Notes under the pieces: generated by a model
Told to the model about the DNA's origin: nothing
Database searches by the model: none
Seen by the model: only the letters and a program-made list of their open reading frames with translations
Made by a program: the position numbers and the translations under genes
From: Bacteroidia bacterium
Lineage (GTDB): Bacteria > Bacteroidota > Bacteroidia > B-17B0 > Aurantibacillaceae
Length of the DNA stretch: 28,813 nucleotides
Direction: 5' to 3'
NCBI GenBank assembly: GCA_031428235.1
Contig: JANPOX010000602.1
Coordinates: 1 to 28,813 of the forward strand
Shown: positions 1 through 6,996 of the stretch, in pieces
Layout: every line of letters starts with the position of its first letter
Position numbering within the stretch: the stretch's first letter is position 1

Positions 1-1
1 A

Positions 2-70
2 CAAAATGGTATGGATAATATGAATGAAATTATAGAACGTGCTAATGGAAATAATGATGAATCAACTTAA
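2..70 (+). CDS. 3' end of an ORF truncated by the window edge (…QNGMDNMNEIIERANGNNDEST*)
   Basis: Open frame from base 2 to TAA at 68-70, 12 nt before the recombinase ATG. Too short to assign a product. Confidence 0.45.
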   Translation, partial: QNGMDNMNEIIERANGNNDEST

Positions 71-82
71 AAGTTAAATGTA

Positions 83-1645
83 ATGAAACAAAGAGCCATT
101 TTATACACTCGTGTATCTACAGATGAACAAAATAATGGTTATAGTCCTGCCGACCAAAAAGAAAGATTATACAAATACGCTGAACAAAATAATATTGAAG
201 TTATTGGATTTTACCACGATGACGAAAGTGGTAAAACATTTAATCGCCCTCAATGGATAAACATAATGAACTACCTTAAAAAAAACAGTAGCTCAGTTGA
301 TTTAATCATATTTATAAAGTGGGATAGATTTTCTCGTAATGTATCGGAGGCATATATCACAATCAATGCACTTCAAAAATACGGAGTAGAACCACAAGCA
401 ATTGAGCAACCGCTCGATTTTGAAATACCTGAACAAAAAATAATGTTGGCAATCTATTTAGCCGCTCCCGAAGTTGATAACGATAGGAGAGCATTAAATG
501 TTTTTCACGGTATGCGTAGAGCAAAAAAAGAAGGGCGGTGGTTAGGACATTCTCCAAAAGGATACATAAATTCAAGAGATGTTGCCAATAAGCCTATTAT
601 AGTTCCTGAAGGTGGTAAAGATGAAGCCATAATTAAAAAAGCATTTGAGGAATTTGCAAAAGGATTGTTCAATATCGAGGAATTAAGAAAATTATTACTA
701 AAAGATGGATTGAAGCTTTCAAAAAATGCGTTTGCATCCATGTTCAGAAATAAAGCATATATAGGGAAAATATTTTTACGTGCTTATAAAGATGAACCTG
801 CTCAATGGGTTGATGGAATTCATGAGGCAATAATTAGTGATGAGTTATTTTATGATGTGCAAGATGTGTTTTTAGGGCGAAAAAAAAATTATCCTAATAA
901 AACTAAAACAGTACATGATGAATTGCCATTAAGAGGTTATTTAGAATGTCCAAGATGTTCAAGACCATTAACGGGTTCGGCATCTACTGGCAGGTCGGGA
1001 GATAAATTTTATTATTACCATTGCAGTAAAGGTTGCAAGGAACGAATCAAAGCAGTTGAAACAAATGACGTTTTTGCAAATAAACTCAAAGCCCTACGAG
1101 TAAATGAACCAAGCATTGAAGTATTAATGAGGGGCTTAAAAGCACGTTTAAAATCTAAAACAGGCTATAATAAAAGTGAATTAGAAAATACGATTAAGGA
1201 TATTGAAAAAAACAAGGCACGTTTAAAAAATGCTCAAGTTTTAATGTTAGATGGTGAACTCAATCCAACGGAATATAAAGAACTTAAAGCTAAATTGGAG
1301 GAGGATATGATGCGTTTAACTATTGAGGAAAACAAATTGCGTTCCAATACCCTTTCTTACGACAAATTAATTGATTCTTGTAAGAATGTGGTTGTAAACC
1401 TTGATATTGCTTATAATAAGGCAGAAGCTTCAGTAAAACAACGCATAATTGGTTCGATATTCCCTGAAAAGTTCCAATTTGTAAATAATGAAGTTCGAAC
1501 CGCTAAAGTAAATGAAATGATTGACCGAGTTTGCACTAAAATCAAGGGATTGGAGGGAAATAAAAAAGGGCAACAATCATTTTATGAGTTGTTGCCCTGT
1601 AGAGTGGGAGATACAGGGTTCGAACCTGTGACCCTCTGCTTGTAA
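83..1645 (+). CDS. Large serine recombinase (resolvase catalytic domain + recombinase domain + zinc ribbon + coiled coil)
   Basis: N-terminal YTRVSTDEQ (catalytic Ser) and DRFSRN; RNKAYIG…GIHEAIIS recombinase domain; CPRC…YYYHCSKGC zinc ribbon; long C-terminal coiled coil. Confidence 0.93.
   Translation: MKQRAILYTRVSTDEQNNGYSPADQKERLYKYAEQNNIEVIGFYHDDESGKTFNRPQWINIMNYLKKNSSSVDLIIFIKWDRFSRNVSEAYITINALQKYGVEPQAIEQPLDFEIPEQKIMLAIYLAAPEVDNDRRALNVFHGMRRAKKEGRWLGHSPKGYINSRDVANKPIIVPEGGKDEAIIKKAFEEFAKGLFNIEELRKLLLKDGLKLSKNAFASMFRNKAYIGKIFLRAYKDEPAQWVDGIHEAIISDELFYDVQDVFLGRKKNYPNKTKTVHDELPLRGYLECPRCSRPLTGSASTGRSGDKFYYYHCSKGCKERIKAVETNDVFANKLKALRVNEPSIEVLMRGLKARLKSKTGYNKSELENTIKDIEKNKARLKNAQVLMLDGELNPTEYKELKAKLEEDMMRLTIEENKLRSNTLSYDKLIDSCKNVVVNLDIAYNKAEASVKQRIIGSIFPEKFQFVNNEVRTAKVNEMIDRVCTKIKGLEGNKKGQQSFYELLPCRVGDTGFEPVTLCL
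1561..1598 (-). terminator. Rho-independent terminator of the tRNA-Val transcript
   Basis: Inverted repeat AGGGCAACAA (1567-1576) / TTGTTGCCCT (1589-1598) with inner TCAT/ATGA pairing. Followed on the minus strand by a T run (plus-strand A run 1562-1567), starting 7 nt after the tRNA 3' end. Confidence 0.8.
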
Positions 1646-1679
1646 GGCAGATGCTCTGAACCAGCTGAGCTAATCTCCC
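1605..1679 (-). tRNA. trnV: tRNA-Val (anticodon TAC), CCA not encoded
   Basis: Minus strand GGGAGATTAGCTCAGCTGGTTCAGAGCATCTGCCTTACAAGCAGAGGGTCACAGGTTCGAACCCTGTATCTCCCA: 7-bp acceptor stem, D arm, TCTGC/GCAGA anticodon stem with CT-TAC-AA loop, GGTTCGAAC T loop. Confidence 0.97.
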
Positions 1680-1690
1680 AAATCGGGGTG

Positions 1691-1721
1691 CAAATATAAC
1701 GGCTTTTTTGAAATCTGCAAA
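1691..1721 (-). promoter_or_regulatory. Bacteroidota sigma70-type promoter of tRNA-Val
   Basis: Minus strand TTTG (1721-1718), 19-bp spacer, TATATTTG (1698-1691), matching the -33/-7 consensus TTTG-N19-21-TAnnTTTG, 11 nt before the tRNA 5' end. Confidence 0.85.
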
Positions 1722-1749
1722 AAAAATCCTATGTTTTTTTGAAAAAAGT

Positions 1750-2397
1750 CTATTTATTGTAATAATAGATCTTAATCTGTGCGGCATCCTTTAAAAAGTC
1801 AATTTTATGAACCGAATAACGGTGCACATTAAATCCTGTTCTGTACTTTAGATCTGCCAGTAATTCAACATCTTTCCCTTCCTTAATCAATTCAATGTTT
1901 TCATACAAAATGGTTTTCACACTTTCTTTCTTCATGAAGATATTACTTTCTAATAAGTAAGTAATGATTAAAACAACGGCGTTAATTCCAATTAGAAAAA
2001 TGTATTCTACATGGTCGGCCGTATCCTTCACTTTAGTAACTGCGGATACCAAACCAATGGCAATAGCTAAAAACAGGTAGGTCATGTCCTTAATGGCAAT
2101 TTCTTCTGTTTTATACCTTAACATACTAAATACTGCAAATAAACCAAAGGCCGCACCCATTGATAGATCAACTTTATTTAATAGGAAAGAAATTAAAAAG
2201 ATAATGATGTTGAATATAAAGTAAGTAAAAAACAGTTCACGGTGCTTATAGATTGGGTAATATATGAACCTAACTAAAATAAAAACAGCGGTTAAATCGA
2301 TCAGTAATCTAAAAAATATTTTCGAACTTAATTTTTGTAATTCTTCATAACCTGAAAAGTTGACTGTTGCATCGGTAGCAATTTGTAGTAGGATCAT
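1750..2397 (-). CDS. DUF4956-like integral membrane protein (MgtC/SapB-like TM region)
   Basis: Several TM segments; MGAAFGLFAVFSMLRYKTEEIAIKDMTYLFLAIAIG motif; sits directly downstream of a VTC-domain gene with an ATGA overlap, the usual pairing. Confidence 0.85.
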   Translation of the reverse strand: MILLQIATDATVNFSGYEELQKLSSKIFFRLLIDLTAVFILVRFIYYPIYKHRELFFTYFIFNIIIFLISFLLNKVDLSMGAAFGLFAVFSMLRYKTEEIAIKDMTYLFLAIAIGLVSAVTKVKDTADHVEYIFLIGINAVVLIITYLLESNIFMKKESVKTILYENIELIKEGKDVELLADLKYRTGFNVHRYSVHKIDFLKDAAQIKIYYYNK

Positions 2398-3146
2398 AAG
2401 TTAATTATTTTGGTGACGTTTAATAGTTTGCGTTTGAAGTTGTTTTTTTTGACATGTGAAAAGGAACTGGCCACGCCAAAACAATATTTACTAATAGACC
2501 CTTCGCGAATATGTTTATGTTTCATAATGGCAACAAAAGGCGAAGATATTTTACTATCTTGTTTTACTTCGGCTATCACGAGCTGGTTTAAATTTTTTGT
2601 TTCACCGTCCTTTTCAAATTCCAGGTTAAGATCCAATGTTAAGCGTTCAGCAGAAGTTTTATTTACCAAAGTAATGCGACTATAGTTGACCCATAACTTC
2701 GGCATTAAAATTATGGGATCAAAAGGCAATGTTTTTTTTAAAAAATCAAAAGCTTTACCTGAATTTAAATCGGGAATACCGATTTCTTTTATGCGGGTTT
2801 TAAAAGTCCTGCCTTTATTGTTTTTGAATTTGATTTCTAAAAACCCTAAATTACTTTCCAGGTAGGTCCGATGTCTGATTTTATATCGGTTTAATTTTCC
2901 GGAATGATGTTCATTATAAAGTTTGAAATTTTCACTATCAAAATAGAGGGTTTTATAACGGCTGATCCTATTTCCTTCAATATTAAGAATTCTGTAATGA
3001 GCCTTGGACTCTTCCAGAACGGCACTAAGTTCGCTTATATTGAACGTAAATTTCGTGTCAGTCCTATCCATGAGTTTCACTCCGTCCATCTCCTGTAAAG
3101 TGATGGGATCGAATATCTCTAGGCTTTGTAAATTTAATGAGGACAT
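2394..3146 (-). CDS. VTC-domain (polyphosphate polymerase-like, CYTH/TTM fold) protein
   Basis: Motifs TLYFD, KIRHRTY, LEIKFK, YSRITL, ERLTLDLNL, AEVKQ, SKYC typical of bacterial VTC-domain proteins. Confidence 0.88.
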   Translation of the reverse strand: MSSLNLQSLEIFDPITLQEMDGVKLMDRTDTKFTFNISELSAVLEESKAHYRILNIEGNRISRYKTLYFDSENFKLYNEHHSGKLNRYKIRHRTYLESNLGFLEIKFKNNKGRTFKTRIKEIGIPDLNSGKAFDFLKKTLPFDPIILMPKLWVNYSRITLVNKTSAERLTLDLNLEFEKDGETKNLNQLVIAEVKQDSKISSPFVAIMKHKHIREGSISKYCFGVASSFSHVKKNNFKRKLLNVTKIINL

Positions 3147-3148
3147 TT

Positions 3149-3625
3149 TTATTTAGTAATATATACAAATTTTTTCACAGATGTTACTTTCCCATCCGGG
3201 TCAATGGTTTTCCGCTCTGTTTTTAAACCTTTTTTGTCATAAACATACACATGCTTTTTAGTAGGTTTTCCCGCAGCATCAAAAAAACTTTCTTCTGTTT
3301 TATCTCCGGAAATGGTATACTTCGTAAATTTTTTCTCTACCAATTTATTATTGGCATCATATTCTTCATCTTCAATTTCATCTCCGTCGCTATTATATTT
3401 TGTTTTATGTATAGCCTTAATAATACCTTCTTTTGAATAATCCGTCCACTCAATTTTATTTCCTTTAGAGTCAAAAACGGTTTTACTTTCATTAATAGTT
3501 TTTCCGTTTTCTATAATAGTTACAGCCGAAGCTTTTATTTTATGCTCCTTAATTTCTTTTTTGCTTTGAGCTATGCAGTTTAGAGAAATTAATGCGAAGA
3601 AAATTATTGAGAAAAACAGTTTCAT
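3149..3625 (-). CDS. Secreted hypothetical protein with ~24-aa YD-like beta-hairpin repeats
   Basis: Signal peptide (MKLFFSIIFFALISLNCIAQ); recurring (Y/F)Dxx-G-x-K/E units (FDSKGNK, YNSDGDE, YTISGDK, YDKKGLK). Confidence 0.6.
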   Translation of the reverse strand: MKLFFSIIFFALISLNCIAQSKKEIKEHKIKASAVTIIENGKTINESKTVFDSKGNKIEWTDYSKEGIIKAIHKTKYNSDGDEIEDEEYDANNKLVEKKFTKYTISGDKTEESFFDAAGKPTKKHVYVYDKKGLKTERKTIDPDGKVTSVKKFVYITK

Positions 3626-3641
3626 TGTAAATTTTTATTTT

Positions 3642-5303
3642 TTAATTAGTTAATATAAAATTTCCTTTGGTATAAGAGTTTTCCCCTGACAAATGGATGA
3701 CATAAAAATAGACTCCGGAACTATATTCTGATGAGATCATTGAAAAACTTTCATCATGTTTAAGGCGTTGTGTTTTTATTAAGTTTCCAAACGTGTCATA
3801 TATTTTTATCTCCCATGGCAGAGATAAAGTATTGTTTTTTAGCTTAATGATGGACTGTGACTCGATTGGATTCGGGAAACAAACGGCTTGTAATGAATTG
3901 TTTTTTGATAATTCTTTAACACCAACAATTGAACTTCCGTTATAAAATAAGTGATTGGCATACAGATCGTAATTTGATCCGTTTCGGCGATCTTCCCAAA
4001 CATAAATAGCTCCGCCATTACCATCTGTCACATGAGATGGGTTAATCTGATCGTCTCCGGCTTTTGTAACGGTAACACCTCCAATCGCCCATTGTACTAC
4101 ACCGGCAGAGTTAATGCTTTGCGATTTAATGTCCCAACCTAAACCTGATGAATCCTGCCAGGCAATAATTGCACCGCCTAAACCATCACTTATTGTATTA
4201 GGATTTATAGACTTTGATCCGTTTGAAATTAATATTCCATTGGCGGTTAATTGAGTGACTCCTGATAGAGATACTAATTGCGCATATATTTCATTTGTTG
4301 CTGATCGATCATCTTTCCATGATAACATCAATCCGCTCAAGCCAATATATTTTATATCCAAAGCGCTTTGATTATTCGAAGCGTTACATACCATTAAACC
4401 ATTCGTAGTCCATTGAACAACTCCTGCAGCATCAATGCGTTGTGCATAAATATTATTATCATTAGCATTTCGTTTATCTGTCCAGCCTATTATCGCACCG
4501 TTTGAACCATCAGGCTCAATACGAGGATTGTTTTGTGTATTGATAGCATTACATATAACTACTCCATTTGCAGCCCACAAGGCGGTTCCTGAACTATTAA
4601 TGCGTTGAGCATAAATGTCATAATCCGTATTATTTCTTTTATCCTGCCAGGTGATAATGGCTCCACCTAAACTATCAGTTTCTATTTTTGGATTATTTTG
4701 GGTATTGGGCGAGGAACAAACACTTATTCCATTAGCTGTCCATAATAAAGTTCCGTTTGAACTGATTCGCTGAGCAGTAATATCCCAAAAATTATTCAGG
4801 GAATCTTCCCATACAATAATAGCTCCACCATTATTATCATTTACTATTTTTGGATTTTTTTGCTTGGTGGTATTTGAACAAACTGCAATTCCGTTTAAGG
4901 CCCATAAAATGTTGCCGGAAGAGTCAATCTTTTGAGCATATATATCATAGTTGCCTGCACGATTATCTTCCCAGGTAATAATAGCACTTCCATCATTGTT
5001 GTTGCAAATGACTGATGACTTTTGTGTTGAATTATCCGTGCAGATAGCCTGGCCATTGCTAGTCCATTTTTCAAAACCGTTTTTCTTTAAACGTTGCGCA
5101 TAAATATCAGATGAATTGGTGAGGGAATTTCTATTATCATCCCAAGAAACTATAATACCCCCCTTGGTATCAGAAACCGCATGCGTATTGCCTTGCGATT
5201 TACTGGCAAGAGCAACAGGTGTGTTAATAATAGGGTTAGTATTCCACTGGGCAAATGATGTATATGATACTATAATGAAAAAGTGAAAAAAAGTTACTCT
5301 CAT
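3642..5303 (-). CDS. T9SS cargo protein: eight ~55-aa repeats (likely beta-propeller) + type A C-terminal sorting domain
   Basis: Signal peptide; eight copies of GGAIIxWxDxR…DIYAQxIxxxG…W…NG; linker VGVKEL; C-terminal FPNP…IYDTFG…SGVYF CTD. Confidence 0.85.
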   Translation of the reverse strand: MRVTFFHFFIIVSYTSFAQWNTNPIINTPVALASKSQGNTHAVSDTKGGIIVSWDDNRNSLTNSSDIYAQRLKKNGFEKWTSNGQAICTDNSTQKSSVICNNNDGSAIITWEDNRAGNYDIYAQKIDSSGNILWALNGIAVCSNTTKQKNPKIVNDNNGGAIIVWEDSLNNFWDITAQRISSNGTLLWTANGISVCSSPNTQNNPKIETDSLGGAIITWQDKRNNTDYDIYAQRINSSGTALWAANGVVICNAINTQNNPRIEPDGSNGAIIGWTDKRNANDNNIYAQRIDAAGVVQWTTNGLMVCNASNNQSALDIKYIGLSGLMLSWKDDRSATNEIYAQLVSLSGVTQLTANGILISNGSKSINPNTISDGLGGAIIAWQDSSGLGWDIKSQSINSAGVVQWAIGGVTVTKAGDDQINPSHVTDGNGGAIYVWEDRRNGSNYDLYANHLFYNGSSIVGVKELSKNNSLQAVCFPNPIESQSIIKLKNNTLSLPWEIKIYDTFGNLIKTQRLKHDESFSMISSEYSSGVYFYVIHLSGENSYTKGNFILTN

Positions 5304-5404
5304 GGAATTCTATAATATAAGGGTAATATAAAGTTAACATTAAATTTATACAAAAAAGACAGAATCCTCAACTTTCATGAAGGAATAGTGCTAAAAAAAT
5401 GAAA

Positions 5405-6097
5405 TTAAATAGTTAAAGAATAGGCGATGCCTAGTATATAGATGCTCTCCGGCGTTGAAATATTAAATTCGGATTGCAAGAGGTAATATACATTTACCGA
5501 ATTTCTTTTGTTTAATTGATATTCAAATCCGGCCACATTCCTGATTCGATGAAATCCGTTATCATAAGTTGGGCCATCGCCTCTGGGAGAACGTACTTGG
5601 TATCTTAATTCGCAGGAAAAGTAAGGCGTTACTCTATCATTGATAGTGTATTTTATGTCTGTTCTAAAGCGTAAAAACTGTTCAGCTAATTTTCCCTTTC
5701 TACTGGTATATAAATCCTGAACTTCAATCTGATATCTGATACGCTCACTTAACGTTACTTTGTTAATTTTTTTCTTAATAGAAATATCAAGCATCAATCG
5801 ATGACGGTGACTAAAGCTTCCATCCAATCGTTTTTTTTGAATGGCCCGATACGTAGGGCTTATTTTAAGGGTTTTATTAAATTTATAATCAATACCCAAA
5901 TTGGTATAAAATAAATTGATGCGCTGGTAATTTTCCTTAAGTCTTAACTCTTGGTCAACCACTAAATTTATTTTTTTAGTTAATTGATGTTGAATACTAA
6001 AGGTGGCCCACAAGCCGGCATCTTTGCTTTGTTGAGCATTGCATGATATAATTAGCAGGAGTAAGCCACTTAAAAAAAGTGTGCGGCGGGTAATCAT
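5405..6097 (-). CDS. DUF2490-like outer-membrane beta-barrel protein
   Basis: Signal peptide; alternating-pattern strands; R-x-R-Y-x-x-E, RFR and PYFSCE motifs; C-terminal ILGIAYSLTI strand. Confidence 0.78.
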   Translation of the reverse strand: MITRRTLFLSGLLLLIISCNAQQSKDAGLWATFSIQHQLTKKINLVVDQELRLKENYQRINLFYTNLGIDYKFNKTLKISPTYRAIQKKRLDGSFSHRHRLMLDISIKKKINKVTLSERIRYQIEVQDLYTSRKGKLAEQFLRFRTDIKYTINDRVTPYFSCELRYQVRSPRGDGPTYDNGFHRIRNVAGFEYQLNKRNSVNVYYLLQSEFNISTPESIYILGIAYSLTI

Positions 6098-6486
6098 TTT
6101 ATTATAACAAGATCATTCAATACTACCTTTTCCTTTTTTTTGGTAATAGTTATTTCCCTTAACTCTTCTTTTGGAATAGATAAATAAGGTTTTGTCGGAT
6201 CTTCCCCGATTACGTATACCTTATATTTACCTTTCCTTAAATAATTAAATTTAAAAGATCCGTCATAAGAAGTTTTTACTGTATTTCCAACTTCCTTGGC
6301 ATCTCCATAAATAATATATACTGTTTCTCCCGGTAAATAATATTCTGAATTTAAAAGGGTATAACTGGCATCATAATCTTTTACATAAACCTTTCCCTCT
6401 ATAGATGCAAATCCACCTTCACCTGGTTCTTTTTTGCAAGAAATAAAAGTGGCGCAAACAACCATAAAAAAAATTAACTTGTTCAT
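6094..6486 (-). CDS. Lipoprotein with a prealbumin/carboxypeptidase-regulatory-like beta-sandwich
   Basis: Lipobox FIS-C followed by KKE; GxVYV…T-S-Y-D-G-S-F-x-F-x-Y-L-R-K-G-K-Y-K-V-Y pattern; ATGA overlap with the DUF2490-like gene. Confidence 0.65.
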   Translation of the reverse strand: MNKLIFFMVVCATFISCKKEPGEGGFASIEGKVYVKDYDASYTLLNSEYYLPGETVYIIYGDAKEVGNTVKTSYDGSFKFNYLRKGKYKVYVIGEDPTKPYLSIPKEELREITITKKKEKVVLNDLVIIK

Positions 6487-6597
6487 GAACGTGTAATTAA
6501 GATAAATACAATGTTAAATAAACCTTAAATTTAATCAATTTTCATTTAAATTAATTATTTTGCAATATTTTATAAGCTGGCAAATCGTTGGTTAATG

Positions 6598-6605
6598 TAT
6601 ATTTG
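6598..6605 (+). promoter_or_regulatory. -7 promoter element (TATATTTG) for the small ORF-sulP-can unit
   Basis: Exact TAnnTTTG 11 nt before the ATG at 6617. No clean -33 TTTG at canonical spacing. Confidence 0.6.
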
Positions 6606-6616
6606 AACACATCGTT

Positions 6617-6931
6617 ATGAGTAACAGAGTAAAATGTATTTTTATTTATATATGTATTTTCAGTGTGTTTTCACTGACCTTGCAAGCTTCTGTTGTGAGT
6701 TTATGCAAAGAAAGCAAAATTTTTAAAGGGCAGAGTTCGGCTAACCCGGTTACTGAAGAAGAAGAGGGAAGCCATGATAGCGATGAGACTGCAGATGAAG
6801 AGGTGTTTTTTATTGGCGACCACTCACCCTCTTATTCATCTGAGAATCTTTTGAAGCTTACCTGGGCAGGTTTAAATATAAATTATCCTTATAATTCAAT
6901 AGCTATTTTAGTGCCCCCACCTAAATCTTAA
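6617..6931 (+). CDS. Small exported-type protein / candidate leader peptide (signal peptide, acidic patch, C-terminal PPP)
   Basis: Hydrophobic N-terminus (aa ~7-24), 10 D/E in aa 47-62, ends ILVPPPKS*, 65 nt upstream of sulP. Confidence 0.65.
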   Translation: MSNRVKCIFIYICIFSVFSLTLQASVVSLCKESKIFKGQSSANPVTEEEEGSHDSDETADEEVFFIGDHSPSYSSENLLKLTWAGLNINYPYNSIAILVPPPKS

Positions 6932-6996
6932 TTTAATATTTTGCCTATGTGATGTAGGAGTTTATAATTTTTATTAAATTAATTCTCAAGTTTTTT

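Larger units (their letters stand above)
1..1645. mobile_element. Probable terminal segment of an integrative element/genomic island inserted at tRNA-Val
   Basis: Large serine recombinase abutting and overlapping the 3' end of a tRNA gene. The other end and any att duplicate lie outside the window, so the boundary is not demonstrated. Confidence 0.55.

Noticed and set aside
363-741. Short minus-strand ORFs inside the recombinase (363..575, 505..741)
   Set aside because: Antisense shadows of a well-supported CDS with no motifs.
1-1604. att-site duplicate of the tRNA 3' end
   Set aside because: No second copy found by eye in the window; the far end of the element would lie beyond base 1.
1542-1787. 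81-aa minus-strand ORF
   Set aside because: It is a read-through of the tRNA-Val gene, its promoter and terminator (GRLAQLVQSICLTSRGSQVRT is the tRNA translated); not a credible protein.
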